DNA of 52,556 nt from NCBI GenBank assembly GCA_041640655.1, contig JBEPZV010000013.1:1-52556 (forward strand), read 5' to 3'. Origin of the DNA: a bacterium. GTDB lineage: Bacteria > Acidobacteriota > Blastocatellia > HR10. The position numbers were made by a program, and so were the translations under genes. The number at the start of each line of letters is the position of its first letter. The stretch's first letter is position 1. This document shows, piece after piece, positions 17,658 to 28,458 of the stretch. The notes under the pieces are model-generated. The model saw nothing but the letters and a program-made list of their open reading frames with translations. It did no database searches and had not been told where the DNA came from.

Positions 17658-18137
17658 ATGAATCTCGTCGAGCGCGTGACGGCGATCATCGAGCCGGTCA
17701 TCGCCGCCCTGGGCTATGAGCTGGTGCATGTGGAGATCAGCGGGGGGCGACGGGGGATGACTCTGCGCGTCCTCGTGGACAAGCCCGGCGGGATCACCGT
17801 GGAGGATTGCGCTCGCGTGAGCGAGCGCATCGGCGTCGTCCTGGACGTCGAGGATCCGATCCCACACCGGTATGTGTTGGAGGTGTGCTCGCCGGGCATC
17901 GAGCGCGGATTGTATCGCAAGAGCGACTACGCGCGATTTGCGGGCCGCACCGTCAAGATCGAGACGTGGGAGCAGATCGAGGGGCGGCGGCATTTCACGG
18001 GCGAGTTGGTCGGCATCGAGGGGGATGCGGTGACGGTGCGCGAGCGCGAGCTGAAGCGGGACGTGGTGATCCCGTATCCGAAGATCCGCCGAGCGCATTT
18101 AGCCTTCGAGTGGGGGAGGTCCGAGGCGCGACGATGA
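17658..18137 (+). CDS. rimP: Ribosome maturation factor RimP
   Basis: GITVEDCARVS, YVLEVCSPGIER; upstream of nusA. Confidence 0.95.
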   Translation: MNLVERVTAIIEPVIAALGYELVHVEISGGRRGMTLRVLVDKPGGITVEDCARVSERIGVVLDVEDPIPHRYVLEVCSPGIERGLYRKSDYARFAGRTVKIETWEQIEGRRHFTGELVGIEGDAVTVRERELKRDVVIPYPKIRRAHLAFEWGRSEARR

Positions 18138-18244
18138 TGCGGAGCACGTGGAAACGTGGAACGTTCGGAGGCGAACGGCCGCGCGATCGGCGGGATCGTG
18201 CGGGAGCCGTCGCCGTGATCGTTTGAGGATGCGGGGGGAGCCGT

Positions 18245-19576
18245 ATGGCGAATCCGAGAAGCCCCATCGCTGAGAGCATCGAGTTGCTCAGTCGGGAGAA
18301 GAATATTGATCCGGAGGCCGTCATCACGGCCCTCAAGGAGGCCATTCGCCGGGCCTACGAGAAGCAGTTCAAAGCGATGGGCGAGGAGATTGACGTCGAG
18401 TACAATCCGGAGACGGGGCAGATCGAGATCTTCGCGCGAAAGGTCGTCGTCGAGCAGGTGACCGATCCGGCACGGGAGATCAGCGTGGAGGAGGCGAACC
18501 GATTGGTCGAGGGGGCGGAGGTCGGCGACATCGTGGAGATCCCACGCCCCTTCGAGGGCTTGGGACGCATCGCGGCGCAGATGGCCAAGCAGACGATCAT
18601 GCAGAAGGTGCGCGAGGCCGAGCGGCAGCGCATCTATGAGGAGTACATCGGACGCGTGGGCCAGCTCATCAGCGGGTTCGTGAAGCGGTTTGAGAAGAAG
18701 GGCGATATGATTGTGGATCTGGGCACGGTGGAGGCACTGCTGCCGCGCTCCGAGCAATCGAAGGCCGAGCGATATTCCGTGGGCGAGCGCATTCGCGCGG
18801 TGATCAAGGAGGTCAACCGCGGGGCGGGGCATCAGGTCATCCTCTCCCGGACGGCCCCGGAGTTGGTCATGCGACTCTTCGAGTTGGAAGTCCCGGAGAT
18901 CTACGATGGGACGGTCCAGATCAAGGCCTGCGCGCGCGAGCCGGGCGAGCGCGCCAAGATCGCCGTCACTTCGACCGATCCCGATGTGGACCCGGTCGGC
19001 GCCTGCGTGGGGATGAAAGGGAGTCGCGTCCAGGCGGTCATTCGCGAACTGCACGGGGAGAAGATTGACATCATCGAGTGGTCGGAGAATCCGGCCAAAT
19101 TCGCGGCCAGCGCCTTGAGCCCGGCCCGGGTCAATCGCGTGCGCATTGTGGATCCGGCCGCGCGTCGGTTGGAGGTCATCGTGGATGACGATCAGCTCTC
19201 GCTCGCCATCGGCAAGCAGGGACAGAACGTGCGCTTGGCGGTGAAGCTCGTCGGGTGGCATATTGACATCCGCAGCGAGTCGGAGGTGAAGCGCGAAGTG
19301 GCCGCGCAGATCGAGCAGTTGGTCTCCGGGGGGGAGACGCCCCTGAGCGCGCTCGAAGGACGCCTGCCCGAAACCACGCTCGAGCAGCTCCGGGCCAAGG
19401 GCTTCACGGCGGTCGAGCAGATCGCTCGTGCGGATGCGGATCAGTTGGCGGAGAAGCTCGATTGGAGTTTGGCGCACGCGACCGAGGTGATCGCGCGGGC
19501 TCGGGACGCGCTCGGTGGGAAAGAGATGGAGCCGGCGGCGAGCGCTTCGGCCGTGGACGAACACGAACGCGCGTGA
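18245..19576 (+). CDS. nusA: Transcription termination/antitermination factor NusA
   Basis: GRIAAQMAKQ, REPGERAKIAV, DPVGACVGMKGSRV, LAIGKQGQNVRLA. Confidence 0.98.
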   Translation: MANPRSPIAESIELLSREKNIDPEAVITALKEAIRRAYEKQFKAMGEEIDVEYNPETGQIEIFARKVVVEQVTDPAREISVEEANRLVEGAEVGDIVEIPRPFEGLGRIAAQMAKQTIMQKVREAERQRIYEEYIGRVGQLISGFVKRFEKKGDMIVDLGTVEALLPRSEQSKAERYSVGERIRAVIKEVNRGAGHQVILSRTAPELVMRLFELEVPEIYDGTVQIKACAREPGERAKIAVTSTDPDVDPVGACVGMKGSRVQAVIRELHGEKIDIIEWSENPAKFAASALSPARVNRVRIVDPAARRLEVIVDDDQLSLAIGKQGQNVRLAVKLVGWHIDIRSESEVKREVAAQIEQLVSGGETPLSALEGRLPETTLEQLRAKGFTAVEQIARADADQLAEKLDWSLAHATEVIARARDALGGKEMEPAASASAVDEHERA

Positions 19577-19621
19577 GCGACCCCCTGGCGCGGGGGGAGA
19601 GCATGGGGGAAGAGGGTCGGG

Positions 19622-22192
19622 ATGAAGAAGATACGCATCTATGAGTTGGCGCGAGAGCTGAAGCTCGAGCCGCGCCAGGTGATCGAAGAGGCGCGGCGGC
19701 TCGGCTTTGATGTGAGCGTGCCCTCGAATTCGCTGACCGAGGAGCAGGCCGAGCAGATTCGCTCGCGTCATTATGCGAAGCAGCCGGAGGTCTCGCAGTT
19801 GAGGCCGCGCCTGGTGAAGAAGGCGAAGGAAGCGGTGCCTGAGCCTGGGGCAGCGACTCCGAGTCCTCCGCTGAGAGTGGCGCCCGAAGGGCCGCCTCGC
19901 GAGAGCCGCGTGCGTGGCGAGCTGGAGGTCGTCCGCGCGGCTGTCGGCAAAGAAGCCCCTGAGGTCCCACGGCAGCCGGAGCGGCCGACAGCAGAGGTCG
20001 AACCGCGTATGAAGGTGATGCCCTTGAAGCCTGTGGCACCACCTTCGCCCCCACCTGCCCCTGAACGGGTTGCGGCGGCTGCGACGGCGGAATCCGCGGG
20101 CGCGGCGCAGGCTGTTGACAGAGCCGAGGAGGCGCGCGCGGCACCGGCTCCGCAGGCCGCGCCCGAGGCGAAGCCGCGTCCCTCGAAGCCGCAGGTCGTC
20201 ATCCTTCGACCCTCGAGCGCCCTGACTTCGCCGGTCGCCACGCCCACGCCGGATTTGGCGAGCACCGTCTACATCCCACCGCGGGATGAACGCCGACGGC
20301 GCATTCGTCGTCCGCTCGGACCGCCTCCGAAGAAGCCGGCGCCGAGTGCGGAGACCCCTGTGGCGGCAGCTCCGGCCCCACCCCCGGTGAAGGAGTTGAA
20401 GCCGATCCGGCTTCCGGAGACGGTGACCGTGCGCGAGTTCGCCGAGAAGCTGCAGGTCGCCCCTCGCGAGGTCATCCAGAAGCTCGTCGCGCGGCGCATC
20501 TTCGCGACCATCAATCAACCGCTCGATCGCGAGATCGCGCGCGAGCTGGGTCGGGAGTTCGGCTACGATGTCTCCTTCACCTCCTTCGAGGAATTGATCG
20601 AGGAGCAGGAGCTGGAGCGTATCCTCCAATCGGGCGAGGAAGAGGTCCTGGTTCCTCGCGCGCCGGTGGTCACGGTCATGGGGCATGTGGATCATGGGAA
20701 GACGACTCTGCTGGATGCCATTCGGCAGACGCGCGTGGCCGAGCAGGAGGCGGGCGGGATCACGCAACATATCGGGGCGTATGTCGTCTCCGTGCCCGAT
20801 CCCGATGATCCCACGCGGCAGCGGGAGATCGTCTTCTTAGATACGCCCGGGCATGAGGCCTTCACCATGATGCGCGCGCGCGGCGCGCAGGTGACCGACA
20901 TCGTCGTCCTGGTCGTCGCCGCCGATGATGGCGTCATGCCGCAGACGATCGAAGCGATCGAGCACGCTCGGGCGGCGCGCGTGCCCATCATCGTCGCCAT
21001 CAACAAGATTGACAAACCCGAGGCCAATCCCGAGCGCGTGAAGAAGGCGCTCGCCGAACAGGGATTGCTCTGGGACGGCTGGGGCGGCGATACGGTTATG
21101 GTCGAGGTCTCGGCCAAGCGTCGGATGAATTTGGAAGCGCTCCTGGAGATGATCATCCTCACGGCGGACCTGATGGACCTGAAGGCGAATCCGAATCGGA
21201 AGGCGGTGGGCACGGTCCTGGAGGCGAAGCTCGATCGCGGGCGCGGCCCGGTGGCGACGGTTCTCGTGCAACAGGGGACATTGCATGTGGGCGATTGGTT
21301 CGTCGTGGGGGCGACCTATGGGCGCGTGCGCGCGCTCGTGGACGATCGCGGGCGCCCTGTGCCGGAGGCCGGGCCGTCGCGCCCGGTGGAGGTCTTGGGC
21401 TTGGAGTCCGTCCCGCAAGCGGGGGATAAGCTCATGGTCGTCGAGGATCAGGCGACGGCTGAGCGTATCGCCTCAACGCGGCAACTGGAACTGCGGCAGG
21501 CGCGGGCGCGCATGGCGATGACCTCGCTCGATCAGCTCTATAAGCGACTGCAGGCGGGCGAAGTCAAGGAGTTGCAGATCGTTCTGAAAGCCGACGTGCA
21601 AGGATCGCTCGAAGCCCTGCGGCAGACGCTGGAGAAGCTCTCCGGCGAGAAGGTTCGCATCAACGTCATCCGGGCGGGTGTGGGCGCCATCACGGAATCG
21701 GATGTATTGCTGGCCGCCGCTTCTCGCGACATGCAGCGGACGGCCTTGATCGTCGGCTTCAACGTCCGTCCGGAGCCGCGCGCGCGCGAGGTCGCCGAAG
21801 CTGAGGGCGTGGAGATCCGCCTCTACTCGGTCATCTACAAGGTCGAGGAGGACATCCGCAACGCTATGCTCGGCCTGCTCGCGCCGGTGGAGAAAGAGGT
21901 CATCCTCGGGCGCGCGGAAGTCCGACAAGTCTTCCGCATCGCCAAAGTCGGCAACGTCGCCGGATGCTTCGTGCAAAGCGGCGTCATCCGCCGCAACGCC
22001 AATGCCCGCGTCATTCGCGATCACGTCGTCGTCTACGAGGGGACGATCGCCTCGCTCCGTCGCTTCAAAGACGATGTGGCCGAAGTGAAGGAAGGATTCG
22101 AATGCGGGCTCGCCCTAGAGAAGTTCAACGACATCAAAGAGGGCGACGTGATCGAGGCGTATGTGATCGAGAAGGTGGCGCCGACGCTCTGA
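19622..22192 (+). CDS. infB: Translation initiation factor IF-2
   Basis: [37 protein letters not shown]. Confidence 0.99.
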   Translation: MKKIRIYELARELKLEPRQVIEEARRLGFDVSVPSNSLTEEQAEQIRSRHYAKQPEVSQLRPRLVKKAKEAVPEPGAATPSPPLRVAPEGPPRESRVRGELEVVRAAVGKEAPEVPRQPERPTAEVEPRMKVMPLKPVAPPSPPPAPERVAAAATAESAGAAQAVDRAEEARAAPAPQAAPEAKPRPSKPQVVILRPSSALTSPVATPTPDLASTVYIPPRDERRRRIRRPLGPPPKKPAPSAETPVAAAPAPPPVKELKPIRLPETVTVREFAEKLQVAPREVIQKLVARRIFATINQPLDREIARELGREFGYDVSFTSFEELIEEQELERILQSGEEEVLVPRAPVVTVMGHVDHGKTTLLDAIRQTRVAEQEAGGITQHIGAYVVSVPDPDDPTRQREIVFLDTPGHEAFTMMRARGAQVTDIVVLVVAADDGVMPQTIEAIEHARAARVPIIVAINKIDKPEANPERVKKALAEQGLLWDGWGGDTVMVEVSAKRRMNLEALLEMIILTADLMDLKANPNRKAVGTVLEAKLDRGRGPVATVLVQQGTLHVGDWFVVGATYGRVRALVDDRGRPVPEAGPSRPVEVLGLESVPQAGDKLMVVEDQATAERIASTRQLELRQARARMAMTSLDQLYKRLQAGEVKELQIVLKADVQGSLEALRQTLEKLSGEKVRINVIRAGVGAITESDVLLAAASRDMQRTALIVGFNVRPEPRAREVAEAEGVEIRLYSVIYKVEEDIRNAMLGLLAPVEKEVILGRAEVRQVFRIAKVGNVAGCFVQSGVIRRNANARVIRDHVVVYEGTIASLRRFKDDVAEVKEGFECGLALEKFNDIKEGDVIEAYVIEKVAPTL

Positions 22193-22209
22193 GCCCGATC
22201 GGGGGGGAG

Positions 22210-22638
22210 ATGAAACGTTATCGTCCGGAGCGCATCGGGGAATTGCTCAAGGAGGAGCTGAGCCAGATCATCGGCTACGAGCTGAAGGATCCACAGCTCG
22301 GTCTGGTCACGATCACGCACGTGAAGGTGAGCGCCGATCTCCGCCATGCGAAGGTCTACGTGAGCACGCTCGGGACGCCCGAGGAATCGCGCCGGACGGT
22401 CGAGCGCTTGAATCATGCCGCGGGGTTCATTCGGCGTCAGCTCTACCCGCGTCTTCATCTGAAGACGATCCCGGAGTTGGTCTTCCACTACGATGAGACG
22501 ATCGCGCGCGCGGCGCGCATTGACGATCTCCTGTACGAGGAGAAGCGGGCGCGCGGAGAATCGCTGTTGGCGGACGCCTCGCCGACGGAAGGGGCGTCTT
22601 CGGAAGCGGCGCCATCTGAAGAGGGGGAGACGTCCTGA
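22210..22638 (+). CDS. rbfA: Ribosome-binding factor A
   Basis: LKDP, VSADLRHAKVY, PELVFHYD; follows infB. Confidence 0.96.
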   Translation: MKRYRPERIGELLKEELSQIIGYELKDPQLGLVTITHVKVSADLRHAKVYVSTLGTPEESRRTVERLNHAAGFIRRQLYPRLHLKTIPELVFHYDETIARAARIDDLLYEEKRARGESLLADASPTEGASSEAAPSEEGETS

Positions 22639-22683
22639 GGCGGCCTCCCATCTCGATCTCACCAGGGGCGAGGGGGGACGGAG

Positions 22684-23718
22684 ATGCTCATCCTCATGCA
22701 CCAAGCTGCGACCGAGGAGCAAATCGCCGCCGTCGTCCGCAAGATCGAGGCCTTGGGCTTTCGCGCCCACGTTATTCCGGGAGCGCAACGGACGGCCATC
22801 GGGATCACGGGGAATCCGGGGCCGCTCGATCCCGGAGTGTTCGAGGGGATGCCCGGCGTCATCGAGGCCGTTCCCGTCTCCCGGCCGTATAAGCTCACCA
22901 GTCGCGAGGTCAAGCCCGAGAAGACCATTGTGCGCGTAGGCGAAGCGACGATCGGCGGTGAGGAAGTGGCCATCATCGCCGGGCCGTGTGCGGTCGAGAG
23001 CTATGAGCAGACGATGACGGTCGCCGAGTGGGCGAGTCGGCTCGGCGTGAAGTTCTTTCGCGGTGGCGCCTATAAGCCGCGCACGTCGCCCTATTCGTTC
23101 CAAGGGCTCGGGGAAGAAGGGTTGAAGATTCTGGCCGAGGTGCGCGCGCGCTTCGGCCTGAAGATCGTGACCGAAGCCATTGATCACGAGAGCGCGGATC
23201 TGGTCGAACGGTACGCCGATGTCATGCAGATCGGCGCGCGCAACATGCAGAATTTCAGCCTGCTGCGCCGCGCCGGACAAGCGCGCATTCCGGTCCTGCT
23301 GAAGCGCGGCATGTCGGCGACGCTGGAGGAGCTGTTGCTGGCGGCCGAATACATCATGGCTGAGGGCAATTACAACGTCATCCTCTGCGAGCGCGGCGTG
23401 CGCACGTTCGCGCAGCATGCGCGCAATACGCTCGATCTCTCGATCGTGCCCGCCCTGCAGCGCCTCAGTCATCTGCCCATCATCGTGGATCCCAGCCACG
23501 GGACCGGGCGTCGGGAGCAGGTGATCCCTCTGGCTCGAGCCGGAGTCGCCGTGGGCGCTGACGGGATCATGGTGGAAGTCCATCCGAATCCCGAGCGCGC
23601 GCTCTCGGACGGGCCGCAGGCGCTGACGCTCCCCATGTTCCGCGATCTCGTCGAGCAGGTGCGCGAGATCGCAGCCCTCATCAAGAGGATGGAGCGAGAG
23701 CCCGCGCCGATGGGATGA
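22684..23718 (+). CDS. aroF: DAHP synthase, class I-beta, with N-terminal ACT-like domain
   Basis: [42 protein letters not shown]. Confidence 0.95.
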   Translation: MLILMHQAATEEQIAAVVRKIEALGFRAHVIPGAQRTAIGITGNPGPLDPGVFEGMPGVIEAVPVSRPYKLTSREVKPEKTIVRVGEATIGGEEVAIIAGPCAVESYEQTMTVAEWASRLGVKFFRGGAYKPRTSPYSFQGLGEEGLKILAEVRARFGLKIVTEAIDHESADLVERYADVMQIGARNMQNFSLLRRAGQARIPVLLKRGMSATLEELLLAAEYIMAEGNYNVILCERGVRTFAQHARNTLDLSIVPALQRLSHLPIIVDPSHGTGRREQVIPLARAGVAVGADGIMVEVHPNPERALSDGPQALTLPMFRDLVEQVREIAALIKRMEREPAPMG

Positions 23719-23810
23719 GCCTCGAGCGCGCTTCTTCGGGCTCTCGTCGGATGAGGCGAACGCGCACCCCCTTGCCGAAGACGCAGAGCCCGGCTACATT
23801 ACTCGGCGTG

Positions 23811-24971
23811 ATGCGACGCGCGACGAGCAAAAGCCTCTTCATCCGCCAGCTCCTTCAGAGCGGGCGCGCGCCCTGTGTGCTCCTTCTGCTGCTGGTGATC
23901 CTGCCGGCCTGCACCCCGCGGGTCGCCATCCGACCGCGCGTCCCCACGTTCGCGCAGCTCATCGCGCAGCTCTCGGAAGAGGGGGGGTATTTCCCGAGCG
24001 ACAATCTGATCTCGAACGAGCTGGGGTATCAGAAGGTCCTGCAGAAGCTCGACGAGCTGAATGTGCGCGGGGGAGTGTACATCGGCGTCGGCCCCGAACA
24101 GAACTTCACCTACATCGCCGCCGTGCGGCCGACGTATGCCTTCATTCTGGACATTCGGCGCGAGAACCGATTGCAACACCTCTTCTACAAAGCGCTCTTC
24201 GTGCTCGCGCGTCATCGCGCGGAGTATCTCGCCATGTGGTTGGGTCGGCCCCTGCGCGAACCCTCGGACCGATGGGCGCATGCTTCGGTGGCGGATTTGG
24301 TCCGGCTCATGGAGACGACCCCACCGGATTCGGACTACGTGCGGATGACGCTGGAGCGCGTCTCTGCGACGATCGAGCGGCGATTCGGCGTGCCGTTGAC
24401 GCCGGAGGATCGTCGCTCGATCGCGTACATCGCCCAGAGCTTCTCCGAACACGGGCTCGACATTCGATACGAATCGCACTTTCGCCGTTCGTGGCGGCAG
24501 TTCCCCACCTTGCGCCAACTCCTGCTGGAGACCGATCTCACGGGCCGACCGCGCAACTTCCTCGCCACTGAGGAGAGCTTCCAGTTCCTCAAGCGCCTGC
24601 AGGAGCAGGATCGGATCATCCCGGTGACGGGTGATTTCGCCGGCCCGAAAGCCCTGCGGGCCATTGGCGACTATATCCGCAGCCTGGGCGAGACGGTCTC
24701 GGTCTTCTACGTCTCGAACGTCGAGTACTACCTGCTGCAGAACGATACGTTCGCCGCCTTCGCCGAGAATGTGAAGACCTTGCCCCGGACCGAACGCAGC
24801 CTCATCATTCGGAGCTACGTGGGATATGGCATCTCGCATCCGGAGGCCTTGCCCGGCTACTTCATCACGACGCTCCTGCAGCGCATGAATGAGTTCATCC
24901 GCCTGTATGAAGCGGGGGAATATCGCACGTATTGGGACGTGGGGCTGCTCGACTATATCCCCGTGCGTTGA
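23811..24971 (+). CDS. Uncharacterized lipoprotein, possible SAM-methyltransferase-like fold (start uncertain, 23715-23811)
   Basis: Hydrophobic stretch plus ILPAC lipobox; GVYIGVGPEQN, VTGDF and FYVSNVE motifs; coding-like codon usage. Confidence 0.7.
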   Translation: MRRATSKSLFIRQLLQSGRAPCVLLLLLVILPACTPRVAIRPRVPTFAQLIAQLSEEGGYFPSDNLISNELGYQKVLQKLDELNVRGGVYIGVGPEQNFTYIAAVRPTYAFILDIRRENRLQHLFYKALFVLARHRAEYLAMWLGRPLREPSDRWAHASVADLVRLMETTPPDSDYVRMTLERVSATIERRFGVPLTPEDRRSIAYIAQSFSEHGLDIRYESHFRRSWRQFPTLRQLLLETDLTGRPRNFLATEESFQFLKRLQEQDRIIPVTGDFAGPKALRAIGDYIRSLGETVSVFYVSNVEYYLLQNDTFAAFAENVKTLPRTERSLIIRSYVGYGISHPEALPGYFITTLLQRMNEFIRLYEAGEYRTYWDVGLLDYIPVR

Positions 24972-25022
24972 CGGTGAGGACGCGCATGCCGTAAGGTAAT
25001 GCTCTCTTCGGGAGGGACGGCG

Positions 25023-26156
25023 ATGGGCGAGGGGACATCGCGGGAGATTCAGCCGATTCTGGAGAAAGCTCTGGCCGGCGATCGTCTCACGGTGGAGGAT
25101 GCGGTGCGCCTCCTGGCCTCGGACGACCTGATCGCCCTGGGCATGGCGGCGGATGAGGTCCGGCGGCGGAAGCATCCCGGCGATGTCGTCACCTACATCA
25201 TTGATCGCAATGTGAACTACACGAACATCTGCATTCAATATTGCCACTTCTGCGCTTTCTATCGGCCGCCGGGATCGCCCGAGGGCTACGTGCTGCCGCT
25301 GGAGGAGCTGTTTCGGAAGATCGAGGAGACGATCGCGCTCGGGGGGACGGGCATTCTGATGCAAGGGGGGCTGAATCCGTATTTGAAGATCGAGTACTAC
25401 GAGGACCTGCTGCGCGCGATCAAAGAGCGGTATCGGATTCACCTGCACTGCTTCTCGCCGACGGAGATCGTGCACATCGCGCGCGTCTCCAAGCTCTCCC
25501 TGCGCGAGGTCATTCGCCGGCTGAAGGCGGCGGGTTTGGACTCGATTCCGGGCGGCGGGGGGGAGATCCTGGACGATGAGATCCGGCGTCGGATCGGCCG
25601 GAAGACGACGACCGAGGAATGGCTCGCGGTCATGCGGATCGCTCACGAGGAGGGCTTGCGCACGACGGCGACGATGGTCATCGGCTTCGGGGAATCGCTC
25701 TGGCATCGCGCCATGCATCTGGAGCGCATTCGCGCGCTCCAGGATGAGACAGGCGGCTTCACGGCGTTCATCCCCTGGACCTATCAGCCGGAGAACACGG
25801 AGCTGGGGAGGGGGGGATGGTTGGAGGCGACGGCCGTGGAGTACTTGAAGCTGCTCGCCGTCTCGCGCCTCTACCTCGACAATGTGGACCATCTGCAGGT
25901 CTCGTGGCTGACGCAAGGGTTGAAGGTCGCGCAGGTGGGCTTGCGCTTCGGGGCCGACGATTTCGGGAGCACGATCATTGAGGAGAACGTCGTCACGGCG
26001 GCGGGGGTGCCGCGCGTCTCGGTGAGCGAGGCCGAGATTCGCCGCGTGATCACCGACGCCGGATTCCGTCCCCAGCAGCGCGATACGCTCTATCGTCCCG
26101 TCGCCCGTTCGCCGGAGGGAAGCGCGGAGGAGCATCGTGCCGATTCCGCTCGTTGA
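25023..26156 (+). CDS. mqnC: Cyclic dehypoxanthinyl futalosine synthase (radical SAM)
   Basis: TYIIDRNVNYTNICIQYCHFCAF, LMQGG, SIPGGGGEIL, FTAFIPWTYQ, GADDFGSTIIEENVV. Confidence 0.9.
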   Translation: MGEGTSREIQPILEKALAGDRLTVEDAVRLLASDDLIALGMAADEVRRRKHPGDVVTYIIDRNVNYTNICIQYCHFCAFYRPPGSPEGYVLPLEELFRKIEETIALGGTGILMQGGLNPYLKIEYYEDLLRAIKERYRIHLHCFSPTEIVHIARVSKLSLREVIRRLKAAGLDSIPGGGGEILDDEIRRRIGRKTTTEEWLAVMRIAHEEGLRTTATMVIGFGESLWHRAMHLERIRALQDETGGFTAFIPWTYQPENTELGRGGWLEATAVEYLKLLAVSRLYLDNVDHLQVSWLTQGLKVAQVGLRFGADDFGSTIIEENVVTAAGVPRVSVSEAEIRRVITDAGFRPQQRDTLYRPVARSPEGSAEEHRADSAR

Positions 26157-27321
26157 CCTTCGGCGTCAGCACCGATCCATCCGAAAACGCCTGCAGTCCG
26201 CGATCAAGCGCGTCCTCAAGTCCGGACAATTCGTCCTCGGCGAAGACGTGGCGCGATTTGAGCGCGAATGGGCGGCCTATTGTGGGGTCGCCCATGCGGT
26301 CGGAACAGGATCGGGAGCCGCGGCGTTGCATCTGGCGCTGCTGGTGCTCGACATCGGACCGGGCGATGAAGTGATCACCGTCCCCTTCACATTCATCGCG
26401 ACCGTCTCCGAGATCACGCGCACAGGAGCGCGCCCGGTCTTCGTGGACATCGAGCCGCGCTCCTACACGCTCGACGTCGAGAAGCTCGCGGAGAAGATCG
26501 AGCGCGAGTATGTGTTCCACGAGCGGATCGGTTATTTGGTGAATCGGACGACGGGGCGGCGGCTGAAGGCGATCGTGCCGGTTCACCTCTACGGGCAGAT
26601 GGCCGACATGCGGCCCATTCTGGAACTGGCGCGGCGCTATCATCTCCGCGTGATCGAAGATGCCGCGCAAGCTCACGGCGCCGAATACCGGATGGAACCG
26701 GAGGCGCGCCCGTTCAAGGCGGGAAGCCTGGGCGATCTGGGCTGCTTCAGCTTCTACCCGACCAAGAATCTGGGAGCCTGTGGCGAGGCCGGCGCGATTG
26801 TGACGCGGAACGCGGCATGGGCCGAACGGCTTCGCCGCCTCGTCAACAACGGGCGGGCCGATGCGCATCGGCATCTGGAGGAGGGGTTCAACTACCGGCT
26901 GGATACGTTGCAAGCCGCCATCTTGCGCGCCAAGCTCCGGTATCTCGATCGGTGGAACGCGCGGCGTCGGGAATTGGCCGCCCTCTACCGGGAGAAGCTC
27001 GCGGACGTGGAGGAGATCACGCTCCCGGAGGAGATGCCCTATGGGCGGCACGTGTATCATCGCTACGTCATCCGCGTGCCCGATCGGGATCGCGTGCGGC
27101 GGCAATTGAGCGAGGCGGGGATCGAAACGGCCGTGACCTATCCCATACCGCTCCATCTGCAACCCGCCTATCGCCATCTCGGCTATCGGCCGGGCGATTT
27201 CCCCGTGGCCGAGGCGTGCGCGCGGACGGTCCTCTACCTCCCCCTCTATCCCGAACTGCGAGAGAAAGACATTGCGCGGATCGCGCGGGCGGTGCGCGCC
27301 GCACTCCGCGCCGGGCGATGA
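26137..27321 (+). CDS. DegT/DnrJ/EryC1/StrS sugar aminotransferase
   Basis: PVHLYGQ, IEDAAQAHG, FSFYPTKNLG. Confidence 0.95.
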   Translation: MPIPLVDLRRQHRSIRKRLQSAIKRVLKSGQFVLGEDVARFEREWAAYCGVAHAVGTGSGAAALHLALLVLDIGPGDEVITVPFTFIATVSEITRTGARPVFVDIEPRSYTLDVEKLAEKIEREYVFHERIGYLVNRTTGRRLKAIVPVHLYGQMADMRPILELARRYHLRVIEDAAQAHGAEYRMEPEARPFKAGSLGDLGCFSFYPTKNLGACGEAGAIVTRNAAWAERLRRLVNNGRADAHRHLEEGFNYRLDTLQAAILRAKLRYLDRWNARRRELAALYREKLADVEEITLPEEMPYGRHVYHRYVIRVPDRDRVRRQLSEAGIETAVTYPIPLHLQPAYRHLGYRPGDFPVAEACARTVLYLPLYPELREKDIARIARAVRAALRAGR

Positions 27322-27339
27322 GGAGATCCGCGTTCGCGA

Positions 27340-28338
27340 TCAGCGCGGCAGATACCGCTTGGGGAATTTCGCGACCACGGTATAGTGCGGGTCCACGACG
27401 TTGGCCACGCGCAGGACGGCCAGTTGCGAGACGATCTGCAGCGCCTCCCACTTCTCGAAACCGTAGTCTTCCACGAGCCAGCGAATCAGCTCCACGCAGG
27501 CGATGCGCACGGCATCTACCAGCGGGCGCATGCTCCCGGCCACCATGATGTATTCGGCATCCTCCAAGCGCGGCCAGGCGATCTTCTTCCCCTTGAGGAG
27601 ATCGAATTGGAAGGTGACCTCCATCGTCGTCTCCAGTCCGGAACCGCAAATCTCCCCATCTCCTTGCAGCGCGTGTCCATCCCCGAAGTAGAAGAGCGCG
27701 CCCTCGTGAAAGACGGGCAGATACACGGTCGTCCCCTCGCGCACCTCGGGAGCGTCCATGTTGCCGCCGAAGGGCCCCGGCCATAATCCATCGAACGATT
27801 CCTCGCCCGGTGGGGCCACGGCCACGCGCCCGAGCATCGGGGCGAGGGGGACTTCGATCCGTCGTCTTTGGCTGCCGGGCAGCTCCAGCGTCGCCGTCAG
27901 GCGCTCGCGATCGAGCGTCCAGATGAATCGGCGAGCCGGAATGGGATCGGTCAGCATCGGCGTCCACCGATCGGCGGCCAGAAGACCGAAGGTGGGATTG
28001 TGCGTGGAGATGGCGATGTCGCGATTGGGGCGCAGACGCAGGATCTTCACCACTAGCGTATCGCCCGGCATGGCCCCCTCGATATAGAAGGGGCCGACCT
28101 CGCCCGGCCATTTCCCTCCGGGGCGTTCGTACCATTCGCCCCAGAGCGTCTCCGTCTCGACGATGTCACCCGGGCGAATGCGCAAGACCGGTTCGCGTCG
28201 CGCGAAAGTCGAATAGCCGACCGTCGGTTTGAAACGATGGACCTCGGCGCGCGCGACGCGCTCCTGCGCCGCGAGGACGCTGAGAAACGCCATGAGGCCG
28301 ATCGCCCCCGACCACAGACCTCGTGCTCGCTTCTGCAT
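27340..28338 (-). CDS. Acetamidase/formamidase family protein with signal peptide
   Basis: GPFYIEGAMPGDTL, GGNMD, GDGHALQGDGE. Confidence 0.9.
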   Translation of the reverse strand: MQKRARGLWSGAIGLMAFLSVLAAQERVARAEVHRFKPTVGYSTFARREPVLRIRPGDIVETETLWGEWYERPGGKWPGEVGPFYIEGAMPGDTLVVKILRLRPNRDIAISTHNPTFGLLAADRWTPMLTDPIPARRFIWTLDRERLTATLELPGSQRRRIEVPLAPMLGRVAVAPPGEESFDGLWPGPFGGNMDAPEVREGTTVYLPVFHEGALFYFGDGHALQGDGEICGSGLETTMEVTFQFDLLKGKKIAWPRLEDAEYIMVAGSMRPLVDAVRIACVELIRWLVEDYGFEKWEALQIVSQLAVLRVANVVDPHYTVVAKFPKRYLPR

Positions 28339-28458
28339 TTTCCCCCCTCCTGTGTTGAAAATTGCGGGAGACGCCATGTACTATACTCGCTCCGCTGAGA
28401 AATGGCGAGCGAGGAGAGCAGTGTGAACTCGAGAGCGCGTCTGGTCCAGAACCAGACG

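Noticed and set aside
19800..20400. Pro/Ala-rich low-complexity stretch
   Set aside because: Ordinary variable N-terminal linker of IF-2
17927..20770. 947-aa - strand ORF and similar long antisense ORFs (e.g. 22033-23583, 23799-26135, 37684-39360)
   Set aside because: Shadows of well-supported genes on the opposite strand; no recognisable motifs
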